Source: Xanthobacteraceae bacterium
GTDB taxonomy: Bacteria > Pseudomonadota > Alphaproteobacteria > Rhizobiales > Xanthobacteraceae
NCBI GenBank assembly: GCA_036271715.1
Contig: DATBAD010000001.1
Coordinates: forward strand, 83,887 to 147,886
Reading direction: 5' to 3'
DNA length: 64,000 nt
Shown here: in pieces, positions 14,968 to 24,631 of the stretch
How the letters are laid out: each line of letters begins with the position of its first letter
How positions within the stretch are numbered: position 1 is the first letter of the stretch
Made by a program: the position numbers and the translations under genes
Notes under the pieces: generated by a model
Databases searched by the model: none
What the model was told of the DNA's origin: nothing
Seen by the model: only the letters and a program-made list of their open reading frames with translations

Positions 14968-15557
14968 GACTGATGCTGCTCGGCCCGCCGGGGGCCGGCA
15001 AGGGAACGCAGGCCCTGCGTCTCGTTGCCAAATACGGCATCGTTCAGCTCTCGACCGGCGATATGCTCCGCGCAGCGGTTAAGGCCGGCACCCCGATCGG
15101 GCTTCAAGCCAAAGAGATCATGGCATCCGGCGGCCTCGTCCCCGATGCGGTTGTGGTCGGCATCGTTGAGCAGCGCATTCAGAAGCCGGACGCCAAAAAG
15201 GGCTTTATCCTCGACGGCTTCCCCCGCACTGTGCCGCAGGCCGAGGCGCTCGACCGGATGCTGCATGAGCACGGCATTGGGCTCGATTCCGTCATTGAGC
15301 TACAGGTCGACGAAGAAGCCCTGGTGCGCCGGATTGAAAACCGGATTGCCGAGACCAAAGCGCGCGGCGAGCCGCTGCGCGACGACGACAACCCCGACGT
15401 CCTGCGCAAGCGGCTGACGGCCTACCGCGCACAGACGGCCCCTCTGATCGACTATTACCGGCAGAAGGGCATGCTCCGTTCGGTGGACGGCATGGCGCCA
15501 ATCACCGATGTGACCGTGGCCATCGACCAAGTCTTACCGGCGCTTTCGAGCGTCTAG
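14964..15557 (+). CDS. adk: Adenylate kinase (short-LID type)
   Basis: 197-aa ORF with an ATGA overlap with the secY stop. P-loop [10 protein letters not shown] is present. The LID region is short ([20 protein letters not shown]) and has no Cys4/zinc motif. Confidence 0.95.
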   Translation: MRLMLLGPPGAGKGTQALRLVAKYGIVQLSTGDMLRAAVKAGTPIGLQAKEIMASGGLVPDAVVVGIVEQRIQKPDAKKGFILDGFPRTVPQAEALDRMLHEHGIGLDSVIELQVDEEALVRRIENRIAETKARGEPLRDDDNPDVLRKRLTAYRAQTAPLIDYYRQKGMLRSVDGMAPITDVTVAIDQVLPALSSV

Positions 15558-15966
15558 GGACCCACACTTCAAAAGCAGGGCACCGGCCCGAGCGGTCCAA
15601 GTTTGGAGCAGGCCCGCGGTCTAGGAAATAAAGCCTAACATAGCTTTGGGAAAAGGCCTGCAACCAAGCCTGGAATGTGGGAAACGATACGACGGCCACC
15701 GAAAGTTGGGGATGGCCGCAAAAGGTGATGGACTTTGTACACGAAATCGCTAGCCGAGGTTGACGAAACCCCTGGAAACCCATTAATAAGCCGCAAATAC
15801 CCAGTCGGAGATCGCTTGGCGATTGCCGGGCCGTAAGGGCAGGCAGACGCTGGCTTTTTACGTTTGTGGCCTTCTCCAGCGACCTCGGAATCGGCAGAGA
15901 GCGGCATCTTGCCAGCGGCGACCCCCTTAAGGCGCTCTGGAACGGCCGCGGCAAGGAGTAACTGAA

Positions 15967-16335
15967 GTGGCTCGTATCGCGGGCGTGAATTTACCGACCA
16001 ACAAGCGCATCGTGATCGCGCTGCAATACGTCTATGGGATCGGCGGCGCCAAGGCGCAGGAGATCCTGACCAAGGTTTCGATCCCGGAATCGCGCCGGGT
16101 GTCGCAACTGACCGACCAGGAAGTGCTTCAGCTGCGTGAAGTCATCGACCGTGATTACATGGTCGAAGGCGATCTCCGCCGCGAAGTGTCGATGAACATC
16201 AAGCGTTTGATGGACCTCGGTTGTTACCGTGGGCTGCGTCATCGCCGTGGCCTTCCGGTCCGTGGCCAGCGCACTCATACCAACGCCAGGACCCGCAAGG
16301 GCCCGGCCAAAGCGATTGCCGGCAAGAAGAAATAA
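15967..16335 (+). CDS. rpsM: 30S ribosomal protein S13 (uS13)
   Basis: GTG start at 15967 preceded by AAGGAG. Starts [14 protein letters not shown]. 122 aa. Confidence 0.96.
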   Translation: MARIAGVNLPTNKRIVIALQYVYGIGGAKAQEILTKVSIPESRRVSQLTDQEVLQLREVIDRDYMVEGDLRREVSMNIKRLMDLGCYRGLRHRRGLPVRGQRTHTNARTRKGPAKAIAGKKK

Positions 16336-16401
16336 CAAGCGTGGAACAAGATTACGTGACGGCCACGGAGCCGCCGGCTCCGGTCCGCGAAAGGGCTCAA
16401 A

Positions 16402-16791
16402 ATGGGTAAGGAAGCCACTCGCGTTCGCAAGCGCGAACGCAAGAACATCGCTTCGGGCGTCGCGCATGTCAGCGCGTCGTTCAATAATACCATGATCACT
16501 ATTACCGACGTCCAGGGCAATACCATTGCCTGGTCGACGTCGGGCACCATGGGTTTCAAAGGCTCGCGCAAGTCGACACCTTATGCGGCACAGGTCGCCG
16601 CTGAGGATGCCGCCAAGAAGGCGCAAGAGCACGGCATGCGCACGCTCGAGGTCGAAGTCGCGGGTCCCGGTTCGGGCCGTGAGTCGGCGTTGCGCGCGCT
16701 GCAAGCTGCAGGCTTCACCATCACGTCGATCCGCGACGTGACGCCGATCCCGCATAACGGCTGCCGGCCGCGAAAACGCCGCCGCGTATAG
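16402..16791 (+). CDS. rpsK: 30S ribosomal protein S11 (uS11)
   Basis: 129-aa ORF containing [18 protein letters not shown]. Confidence 0.96.
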   Translation: MGKEATRVRKRERKNIASGVAHVSASFNNTMITITDVQGNTIAWSTSGTMGFKGSRKSTPYAAQVAAEDAAKKAQEHGMRTLEVEVAGPGSGRESALRALQAAGFTITSIRDVTPIPHNGCRPRKRRRV

Positions 16792-16896
16792 GACTTTTTG
16801 TTTATGGAAGAAGTGAAACATCCGCTCGATGTCGACACCGATCTCGGCCCCACCGAACGCAAGGGGTCCTATGAGACGTTCGCGCCGCGCAAAGCG

Positions 16897-17928
16897 ATGG
16901 GTGACAACGTGACGATCCAGAAGAATTGGCAGGAACTGATCAGGCCGAACAAGCTACAGGTCAGCGCCGGCTCCGATAGCCGCCGCTCGGCGACCGTGAT
17001 TGCCGAACCGCTGGAGCGTGGTTTCGGCGTGACGCTCGGCAATGCGCTACGCCGCATTCTGTTGTCGTCATTGCAGGGCGCGGCAGTGCAGTCGGTTCAT
17101 ATCGACGGCGTGCTGCACGAGTTCTCCTCGATCGCTGGCGTCCGCGAGGACGTCACCGACATCGTGCTCAACATCAAAGACATCGCCATCAAGATGCAGG
17201 GCGATGGACCGAAGCGCATGATCGTCAAGAAGCAGGGCCCGGGCACTGTGACGGCGGCCGACATTCAGACCGTCGGCGATGTCGTCGTGCTCAATCCGGA
17301 GCTCGTGCTGTGCACCCTCGACGAGGGCGCGGAAATCCGCATGGAATTCACCGTGAACACCGGCAAGGGCTATATCCCGGCGGAGCGTAACCGCCCCGAG
17401 GATGCGCCGATCGGCCTTATCCCGGTCGACAGCCTTTATTCGCCGGTGCGCAAAGTCTCCTACAAGGTCGAGAACACCCGCGAAGGGCAGATCCTCGACT
17501 ACGACAAGCTGACGCTGACCATCGAAACCAACGGCGCTTTGAGCCCCGAGGACGCGCTCGCTTATGCCGCGCGCATCCTGCAGGACCAGCTCAATGTGTT
17601 CGTCAATTTCGAGGAGCCGAAGCGCGAGACCACGCACGAGGCGATCCCGGATCTCGCCTTCAACCCGGCCTTCCTCAAGAAGGTCGACGAACTCGAGCTC
17701 TCGGTGCGTTCGGCTAACTGTCTGAAGAACGACAACATCGTCTATATCGGCGATCTCGTGCAGAAGACCGAAGCCGAAATGCTGCGCACACCGAATTTCG
17801 GCCGCAAGTCGCTCAACGAGATCAAGGAAGTGCTGGTGCAGATGGGTCTGCATCTCGGCATGGAAGTGCCGGGCTGGCCGCCGGAGAATATCGAAGAACT
17901 CGCCAAGCGGTTCGAGGATCATTACTAA
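16897..17928 (+). CDS. rpoA: DNA-directed RNA polymerase subunit alpha
   Basis: The conserved N-terminus ...[17 protein letters not shown] follows ATG 16897, giving 343 aa. An in-frame GTG at 16909 is an alternative start. The ORF-track start at 16798 adds 33 non-conserved residues. Confidence 0.93.
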   Translation: MGDNVTIQKNWQELIRPNKLQVSAGSDSRRSATVIAEPLERGFGVTLGNALRRILLSSLQGAAVQSVHIDGVLHEFSSIAGVREDVTDIVLNIKDIAIKMQGDGPKRMIVKKQGPGTVTAADIQTVGDVVVLNPELVLCTLDEGAEIRMEFTVNTGKGYIPAERNRPEDAPIGLIPVDSLYSPVRKVSYKVENTREGQILDYDKLTLTIETNGALSPEDALAYAARILQDQLNVFVNFEEPKRETTHEAIPDLAFNPAFLKKVDELELSVRSANCLKNDNIVYIGDLVQKTEAEMLRTPNFGRKSLNEIKEVLVQMGLHLGMEVPGWPPENIEELAKRFEDHY

Positions 17929-17938
17929 GTAGGGCGTC

Positions 17939-18364
17939 ATGAAACACGGCAGAGTCTATCGCAAATTCAACAGGCGCTCGGATCATCGCAAGTCGATGCT
18001 GGCGAATCTCGCCGTATCGCTGATCAAGCATGAGCAGATCACGACGACGCTGCCGAAGGCGAAAGACCTTCGTCCCATCGTTGAGAAGCTGGTCACGCTC
18101 GGCAAGCGTGGCGGTCTGCATGCGCGCCGCCAGGCGATTTCGCAGATGCGCGACGTCGCCATGGTCAAGAAGCTCTTTGATGTCATCGGCCCGCGTTACA
18201 AGGAACGCAACGGCGGCTATTTGCGGGTGATGAAAGCGGGCTTCCGTTATGGCGATAGCGCCGCGGTCGCGGTGATTGAATTCGTCGATCGCGATGTTGA
18301 CGCCAAGGGTTTGGATTCCGGTCCGGTGCCGGAGCGCGCCGAGGAAACCTCAGCCGCGGCCTAA
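17939..18364 (+). CDS. rplQ: 50S ribosomal protein L17 (bL17)
   Basis: 141-aa ORF starting [24 protein letters not shown]. Confidence 0.96.
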   Translation: MKHGRVYRKFNRRSDHRKSMLANLAVSLIKHEQITTTLPKAKDLRPIVEKLVTLGKRGGLHARRQAISQMRDVAMVKKLFDVIGPRYKERNGGYLRVMKAGFRYGDSAAVAVIEFVDRDVDAKGLDSGPVPERAEETSAAA

Positions 18365-18390
18365 AGTCAGCCGCCACATTTTCGAGCAAA

Positions 18391-18420
18391 AAGCCGCACT
18401 CTCGGGTGCGGCTTTTTCTT
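18391..18420 (+). terminator. Rho-independent terminator of the alpha operon
   Basis: Stem gccgcac (18393-18399), loop tctcgg, stem gtgcggc (18406-18412), then TTTTT. Lies 27 nt after the rplQ stop and is flanked by an A-run upstream. Confidence 0.85.
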
Positions 18421-18488
18421 TGTATGAAGGCGATTGCGTCACACAGGTCGTCTAATATTCTTCGCGCGCTAGGCAATGAGGGGGAAAT

Positions 18489-19334
18489 ATGATGGTTCGG
18501 CTTGCGGTGATTGCGGCGATGCTCTCGGTATTTGCCGGCACAGCGCTGGCGGACGCACAGCTCGATCGCGGTGCGTATCTGGTTACCGGTGTGATGAATT
18601 GCGGCAATTGTCATTCGCCGAAAGGGCCGCCCGCGATGGTGGCCGGTAAAGACTTCAGCGGCGGACTGTCCTGGGACGTGCCGCCCTTTGCGGTGACTGC
18701 CTCGAATATCACGCAAGACAAAGAGACCGGCATCGGCGCCTGGACCGACGCCGATATCAAGAAACTCCTACGCACAGGCATGCGCCCGAACGGCACGCCG
18801 CTCGCCGCCATCATGCCCGTCGGCTTCTACGGCATCATCACCGACAGCGATATGGATGCCATTGTCGCTTATCTGCGCACCATCAAACCAGTTAGCAACA
18901 CCGTGCCGGCGCCGGTCTACCGGATGCGGACTAAATCCGGCGTGTTTCCCGGGACTGAGCAGCCTTACACCCAGGCGGCGCTCGACGATCCGCTTAAGCG
19001 CGGTTTCTATCTCGCCAGTATCGGCCATTGCATGGAATGCCATACGCCCGAGACGAAAACCGGCGGGCATGACTTCACCAATGACGCGGGCCGCGGCGGG
19101 TTCGAATTCCCAGGCCCATGGGGCGTTTCGGTGTCGCGCAATATCACCTCGAGCAAGACCAAAGGCATCGGCGACTGGAGCAATACCGATATCAAGCATG
19201 CGATCACCCAAGGCATCGATAAAGACGGCAACAAGCTCAAGCCCCCGATGGGCTATGGCTATTACGCGAAAATGACCGATGCCGATCTTGATGCCGTGGT
19301 GGTCTGGCTGCGGACCGTGCCGCCAAAGGAGTAA
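18489..19334 (+). CDS. Periplasmic dihaem c-type cytochrome
   Basis: 281-aa ORF with a signal peptide (MMVRLAVIAAMLSVFAGTALA) and two CxxCH haem-binding motifs (CGNCH, CMECH). GAGGGGGA RBS. Confidence 0.85.
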   Translation: MMVRLAVIAAMLSVFAGTALADAQLDRGAYLVTGVMNCGNCHSPKGPPAMVAGKDFSGGLSWDVPPFAVTASNITQDKETGIGAWTDADIKKLLRTGMRPNGTPLAAIMPVGFYGIITDSDMDAIVAYLRTIKPVSNTVPAPVYRMRTKSGVFPGTEQPYTQAALDDPLKRGFYLASIGHCMECHTPETKTGGHDFTNDAGRGGFEFPGPWGVSVSRNITSSKTKGIGDWSNTDIKHAITQGIDKDGNKLKPPMGYGYYAKMTDADLDAVVVWLRTVPPKE

Positions 19335-19432
19335 AATCGGGAGGCAGCCTCGGCGGTTCATCGGGCGGCCTTGGCCTTCTAAAAGCCCCGTCAAATGCCT
19401 ATATCTGGGCCGTTGATTCGGGATGGCTCGTG

Positions 19433-20833
19433 ATGCTTCGTCTTTTATCGTCAGTCATTTTTGCGGCTTTTGCGCTCATCGCCGTGTTGCCTGCGGCGAG
19501 TGCGCAGGACCGGCAGGTGCCGAGTTCCGCGGCGCAACTGCAATTGTCCTTCGCCCCGGTGGTCAAGCGCGTCGCGCCGGCGGTGGTCAATGTCTATGCG
19601 CAGCATATCGTCCAGAACAACAACCCGTTCATGGCCGATCCGTTTTTCCGACAATTCTTTGGCGGCGGCGGCATGCCGCGCGAGCAGGTTGAGCGATCGC
19701 TCGGCTCCGGCGTGCTGGTCGATCCGGTAGGTCTTGTTGTCACCAATTATCATGTGATCGAAGGCGCGAGCGAAGTGAAAGTCGCGCTCGCCGACAAGCG
19801 TGAATTCGACGCCGAGATCGTGCTCAAGGATCAGCGCAGCGATCTCGCCGTTCTGCGGGTCAAAGATGCGAAGGAGCGTTTCCCGACGCTGGAATTCGCC
19901 GACTCCGATGCGCTGCAAGTCGGCGACGTCGTGCTGGCGATTGGCGATCCGTTCGGCGTCGGCCAGACCGTGACACACGGCATCGTGTCGGCGGTGGCGC
20001 GCACCCAGGTCGGCGTCAGCGATTATCAGTTCTTCATTCAGACCGATGCCGCAATCAATCCCGGGAATTCCGGTGGTGCACTGGTCGATCTCAGCGGCCG
20101 GCTGGTCGGCATCAATTCGGCGATCTATTCGCGCTCCGGCGGCTCGCAGGGCATCGGCTTCGCCATTCCGGCGAATATGGTGCGGGTGGTGGTGGCGTCG
20201 GCGCAGCATGGCGGTACGGCCGTGAAGCGGCCGTGGCTCGGCGCCAAACTGCAAAACGTCACGCCGGAGATCGCCGACAGTCTCAATTTGCCGCGCCCCG
20301 CTGGTGCGCTTGTCGCCAATGTCGCGTCCGGCAGTCCGGCCGCGCGCGCCGGTATCAAAACCGGCGATCTGATTGTCACCGTTGACGGCACGCAGGTCGA
20401 CGACCCCAATGCTTTCGACTACCGCTTTGCGACCAAGCCTCTTGGCGGCACGGCGCAGGTCGGCCTGATCCGGCAAGGCAAAGCGACGACTGTCCAAGTT
20501 GGTTTGGAGGGCCTGCCTGACCGGCCGCTCGACAAGGTCGAAATTCGCGGTCAGTCGCCTTTCCTTGGCGCCACCGTCGCCAACCTGTCGCCGGCGCTGG
20601 CCGACGAGTTGCGGCTCGATCCGCAGACCGAGGGTGTCGTTGTGACCGATATTGCCGACGGTTCGCCCGCGCAGTCGCTCGGTTTTAAAAAGGGCGACAT
20701 CGTTGTTACCGTTAATAATCAGAAGATCGCAAAGCCCGCCGACCTCGACCGCATCGCCAATACCGGCGGGCGGCAATGGCGCATCACCATCTCGCGCGGC
20801 GGCCAGCAAATATCGGTGATGTTCTCGGGATGA
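19433..20833 (+). CDS. HtrA/DegP/DegQ-family periplasmic serine endoprotease
   Basis: A signal peptide is followed by a trypsin-like domain with GNSGGALV and two PDZ-like C-terminal repeats. GTG 19430 is an alternative start. Confidence 0.92.
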   Translation: MLRLLSSVIFAAFALIAVLPAASAQDRQVPSSAAQLQLSFAPVVKRVAPAVVNVYAQHIVQNNNPFMADPFFRQFFGGGGMPREQVERSLGSGVLVDPVGLVVTNYHVIEGASEVKVALADKREFDAEIVLKDQRSDLAVLRVKDAKERFPTLEFADSDALQVGDVVLAIGDPFGVGQTVTHGIVSAVARTQVGVSDYQFFIQTDAAINPGNSGGALVDLSGRLVGINSAIYSRSGGSQGIGFAIPANMVRVVVASAQHGGTAVKRPWLGAKLQNVTPEIADSLNLPRPAGALVANVASGSPAARAGIKTGDLIVTVDGTQVDDPNAFDYRFATKPLGGTAQVGLIRQGKATTVQVGLEGLPDRPLDKVEIRGQSPFLGATVANLSPALADELRLDPQTEGVVVTDIADGSPAQSLGFKKGDIVVTVNNQKIAKPADLDRIANTGGRQWRITISRGGQQISVMFSG

Positions 20834-22164
20834 GCTCACGGCCGAAAGCCAAAACGCCGAATCTGTTTGCGGCGGCCGGTCTCGATCATGACGCGCCGCG
20901 GCCGCTTGCTGACAAATTACGCCCCGGCAAACTTTCCGAAGTCGTCGGTCAGGATCAATTGCTCGGTCCGGATGGCGCGCTCACACGCATGCTGGAGACA
21001 CGCTCGCTCGGCTCGCTCATCTTTTGGGGGCCACCTGGCACCGGCAAAACGACAGTCGCGCGCTTACTCGCACATGCTACCGAGCTTTATTTCGAGCAAA
21101 TCTCCGCGATCTTCTCCGGCGTTGCCGATCTGAAAAAAGTGTTCGACGCCGCGCGGCTGCGCCGTGAGACCGGGCAGGGCACTTTGCTCTTTGTCGACGA
21201 AATCCATCGCTTCAATCGCGCCCAGCAGGATTCCTTCCTGCCGGTGATGGAAGACGGCACCATCGTCCTCGTTGGCGCCACCACAGAAAATCCATCATTC
21301 GAGCTGATCGCGCCGATGTTGTCGCGTGCACGTGTTTTGGTGTTCAAATCTCTCGATGCTGAGGCGGTAGAAAAATTGCTTTCGCGCGCGGAAGAGCTCG
21401 AAGGCAAAAAGCTTCCGCTCGATGAGGAGGCGCGCGCATCGCTCGCGCGCATGGCCGATGGCGACGGTCGCGCTGCGCTGACTCTTGCTGAAGAAGTTTG
21501 GCGGTCAGCCCGCACCGGCGAAACGTTCGACGCTGCGGGCTTGCAAAACGTGGTGCAGCGCCGCGCGCCGATTTACGACAAAAAGCAAGACGGCCATTAC
21601 AATCTCATCAGCGCTTTGCATAAATCGGTGCGCGGCTCCGATCCCGACGCTGCGCTTTATTATCTCGCCCGCATGCTCGATGCCGGCGAGGACCCGCTTT
21701 ATCTGACGCGCCGTATCGTCCGCATGGCCGTCGAGGATATCGGGCTCGCTGATCCGCAGGCGCTCGTTATCGCCAATGCCGCGAAGGACGCCTACGATTT
21801 TCTTGGCTCGCCGGAGGGCGAACTCGCCATTGCCGAGGCGGTGCTTTATGTGGCGACAGCGCCGAAGTCGAACGCAGCTTATATGGCTTTCAGTGCGGCC
21901 AAACGGACCGCGAAGGAAGCCGGCTCGCTCTTGCCGCCAAAGCATATCCTCAATGCGCCGACCAAGCTGATGAAAAGCGAGGGCTACGGCTCGGGCTACG
22001 AATACGATCACGATGCGGAGGAAGCATTTTCCGGTCAGGATTATTTTCCGGAGCAACTCGGCCGGCAGCAATTCTACGATCCGCCGGAACGCGGCTTCGA
22101 GCGCGAAATCAGAAAGCGGCTGGATTACTGGGCGAAGTTGCGCCGTGGGCGGAGTGGATCATGA
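20830..22164 (+). CDS. rarA: Replication-associated recombination protein A (AAA+ ATPase)
   Basis: ATG 20830 overlaps the protease stop (ATGA). Walker A is GPPGTGKTT and Walker B is LFVDEIHRFN. The MgsA C-terminal domain contains YDKKQDGHYNLISALHKSVRGSD. Confidence 0.93.
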   Translation: MSSRPKAKTPNLFAAAGLDHDAPRPLADKLRPGKLSEVVGQDQLLGPDGALTRMLETRSLGSLIFWGPPGTGKTTVARLLAHATELYFEQISAIFSGVADLKKVFDAARLRRETGQGTLLFVDEIHRFNRAQQDSFLPVMEDGTIVLVGATTENPSFELIAPMLSRARVLVFKSLDAEAVEKLLSRAEELEGKKLPLDEEARASLARMADGDGRAALTLAEEVWRSARTGETFDAAGLQNVVQRRAPIYDKKQDGHYNLISALHKSVRGSDPDAALYYLARMLDAGEDPLYLTRRIVRMAVEDIGLADPQALVIANAAKDAYDFLGSPEGELAIAEAVLYVATAPKSNAAYMAFSAAKRTAKEAGSLLPPKHILNAPTKLMKSEGYGSGYEYDHDAEEAFSGQDYFPEQLGRQQFYDPPERGFEREIRKRLDYWAKLRRGRSGS

Positions 22165-23438
22165 GAGGTTCACGTGGACCGCGTCAGCCGGGTGGCGGCA
22201 AGCAGATCGCCGGGCCGCGGCAGCGCGATCGGCAAAAACCCGGCCGGTCTTTCCGTCATCCTGAGGGGCGAGCGGAGCGAGCTGGCTCGTCATCTCAAAA
22301 ACCGAAATCGGGTAGGCTTGGTTTCGGGCGGGGAAACCGCCGAAGCGCGCCGGCCAAGTCTTTAGAGAAACGTCACACGCGGCCACCAGAGATACGTCCT
22401 CAGCGTCCACCTCAGGATCACGTTGAACGCGAGAAAGCGCCGGTACAAATGCCGGTTACCGTCCAGAACGTTGCGGTCACGCCTGACGAAGCCGGCATGC
22501 GGGTGGATCGCTTTCTCGAAGCGCGCTTCCCGGGTTTGAGCTTCTCCCACATCCAGCGCGTCATTCGTAAAGGCGAACTGCGGGTCAACGGCAAGCGAAC
22601 GGAGCCGAAGAACCGGCTTGAGGCTGGCCAGATGGTGCGCATTCCGCCGCTGCGGCTCGACGTGCCGAAACCTCGCGACGACGCGCCGCCGGCGCAAAAG
22701 GATCGGGCCTTCCTCAAATCGATCACGCTTTACGAAGACGACGATGTGATGGTGCTCAACAAGCCGATCGGGCTTGCGGTGCAAGGCGGCAGCGGTACCA
22801 CACACCACCTTGATGGGCTGCTTGAGGTCCTGCGTGATGCCCACGGCCAACGGCCAAGGCTTGTGCACCGGCTCGATAAGGACACCGCAGGGTGCCTGCT
22901 TGTCGCCAAGACGCGGTTTGCCGCGGCGGCTCTCGCCAAAACCTTCCGTTCGCGCGCGGCGCGCAAGGTCTATTGGGCCTTGGTCGCGGGTGTGCCGAAG
23001 GTGCAGCAGGGCCGTATCTCGACCTATCTCGCTAAAGAAGAGCGCGAAGAGGATTCGTTCATGCGCGTCGCCGAGCATGGCGATAAGGGCGCAAGCCACG
23101 CTGTGACCTATTACGCGGTGGTCGAAACCGCAGCTCTCTTGCTTGCCTGGCTGTCACTCAAACCGGTCACCGGGCGGACGCATCAATTGCGCGCGCATAT
23201 GGCGCATATCGGCCATCCGATCGTCGGCGATCCGAAATATTTCACTATCGAGAATTGGCAGTTGCCGGGCGGTATGCAGAACAAATTGCATCTGCTCGCC
23301 CGCCGCATTGCCGTGCCGCATCCGCGCGGCGGCGTGATCGACGTGAGTGCGCCGTTGCCGCCGCATATGCAGCAGTCCTGGAATCTGCTGGGCTTCGACG
23401 CTAAGCGCTACGATCCGATCGAAGACGCGCCCGAATAA
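22161..23438 (+). CDS. RluA/RluC-family 23S rRNA pseudouridine synthase with an Arg/Gly/Pro-rich N-terminal region
   Basis: An S4 domain (RVDRFLEARFPGLSFSHIQRVIRKGELRVNG) and the catalytic motif HRLDKDTAGCLL are present. ATG 22161 makes an ATGA overlap with the rarA stop. ATG 22449 (MPVTVQN) is an alternative start that would remove the 96-aa basic extension. Confidence 0.85.
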   Translation: MRGSRGPRQPGGGKQIAGPRQRDRQKPGRSFRHPEGRAERAGSSSQKPKSGRLGFGRGNRRSAPAKSLEKRHTRPPEIRPQRPPQDHVEREKAPVQMPVTVQNVAVTPDEAGMRVDRFLEARFPGLSFSHIQRVIRKGELRVNGKRTEPKNRLEAGQMVRIPPLRLDVPKPRDDAPPAQKDRAFLKSITLYEDDDVMVLNKPIGLAVQGGSGTTHHLDGLLEVLRDAHGQRPRLVHRLDKDTAGCLLVAKTRFAAAALAKTFRSRAARKVYWALVAGVPKVQQGRISTYLAKEEREEDSFMRVAEHGDKGASHAVTYYAVVETAALLLAWLSLKPVTGRTHQLRAHMAHIGHPIVGDPKYFTIENWQLPGGMQNKLHLLARRIAVPHPRGGVIDVSAPLPPHMQQSWNLLGFDAKRYDPIEDAPE

Positions 23439-23453
23439 GGCGCGCCCCGCCTT

Positions 23454-24560
23454 CTAGGGGCTGACCGACTCCGATTTTGCCAATACCAGCGGCTTTCCTT
23501 CGATGAATTTCGAACGTGCGCGCAGATAGCGCGTGACCGGTCGCTCTAGGCATTTGTGTAGAACGATTGCTGCAACGATCGCTACGACGAACGACGTCAA
23601 GAAATATGCAATCGGAAAATAAGTAAGATCGAATCCGATCCGCCGCGATATCAAGATAAAGAAGCGCGAGACGACGGGATGAAACAGATATAGGGCATAA
23701 GAGGCGTCACCGAGCAGAAGAAATAGTGGCGCCAGAATCGAAAGCCGCGGAAATCGTCCGGCGGTTGAGCCGAGCACGACGAGGGCTGCGGGAATGCCGG
23801 CCGCGAAAGCTCGCGCTTCAGAAAACTGATAGGACTGATCGAGAAACAGAATGACGATGCCGAACACGATCAGGCTCGCGGCTAAGAGTGAATTGAGGGC
23901 CAAGCCTTCTCGGTAAGCGAGGCCAATGACCATGCCGAAGATGAATTCGAGAATGATGGGATCGCACCAGCGCTGTAATGTCGGCGGCATGTTCGGAACG
24001 AGCCTGCCGAGAATGACGAGCGCGATCAGGGCTGCGGTGGCGGCCACGACGGCTTTGCGCCGCGGCAGAAACAGCATGCAAGCGAAGATGGCGTAGAACA
24101 GCATTTCATAGACCAGCGTCCAGCCTTGACCGACCAGCGGCTCCATCACGCCGTCCGGCCGTGGGATCGGGATGAACAGATACGAGCCGATCACAAATGA
24201 GGCCGGATAGTTTTTGGCGAAGTCGGGCAGGGCGAACGACACGATCAGATAAAGCGTCGTCACCAGCCAATAGAGCGGCACGATACGGATGATGCGGTGG
24301 ATGATGAAAATGAGACTGCCGCGGTCGCGCTGGTATAGCCGTTCGCTGGCATAGACCATCACGAAGCCGGAAATGACGAAGAACAGATCGACACCGGCGC
24401 CGCCGATCGCAAAGTCGGGGAAGGCGTTCGGCTGATTAAGATACCGCGCGAAATCCGACGTGATATGCGGAACGAGGACAGCGATTGCGGCGACGGCGCG
24501 CAGCGCCTGTATCGACAGGACCGTTTGGCTGCGTTCGGGCTTCTCGGAGGCGGGTGACAT
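23454..24560 (-). CDS. Acyltransferase family 3 integral membrane protein (OafA/YrhL-like O-acyltransferase)
   Basis: 368-aa polytopic membrane protein. The N-terminal LRAVAAIAVLVPH ... GVDLFFVISGFVM is typical of acyltransferase_3. GC content is visibly lower than in the flanks. Confidence 0.85.
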   Translation of the reverse strand: MSPASEKPERSQTVLSIQALRAVAAIAVLVPHITSDFARYLNQPNAFPDFAIGGAGVDLFFVISGFVMVYASERLYQRDRGSLIFIIHRIIRIVPLYWLVTTLYLIVSFALPDFAKNYPASFVIGSYLFIPIPRPDGVMEPLVGQGWTLVYEMLFYAIFACMLFLPRRKAVVAATAALIALVILGRLVPNMPPTLQRWCDPIILEFIFGMVIGLAYREGLALNSLLAASLIVFGIVILFLDQSYQFSEARAFAAGIPAALVVLGSTAGRFPRLSILAPLFLLLGDASYALYLFHPVVSRFFILISRRIGFDLTYFPIAYFLTSFVVAIVAAIVLHKCLERPVTRYLRARSKFIEGKPLVLAKSESVSP

Positions 24561-24631
24561 GGATGGGCCGTAACCGAAGGACGCAAGAGTGGCAAGGGAC
24601 GCGGAACATTGGCAAAGACGTGGGGTTTATA

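Noticed and set aside
15558-15966. The possibility that the 409-bp adk-rpsM gap encodes RNase P RNA, SRP RNA, a tRNA or rpmJ.
   Set aside because: No GAGGAAAGUCCGG-type P4 sequence, SRP domain-IV motif, tRNA T-arm or cloverleaf, or L36-like small ORF is found on either strand.
19098-19110. A tRNA T-arm-like string, gggttcgaattcc.
   Set aside because: It lies inside the dihaem cytochrome c coding frame (GGFEFPG), and no acceptor or anticodon arms surround it.
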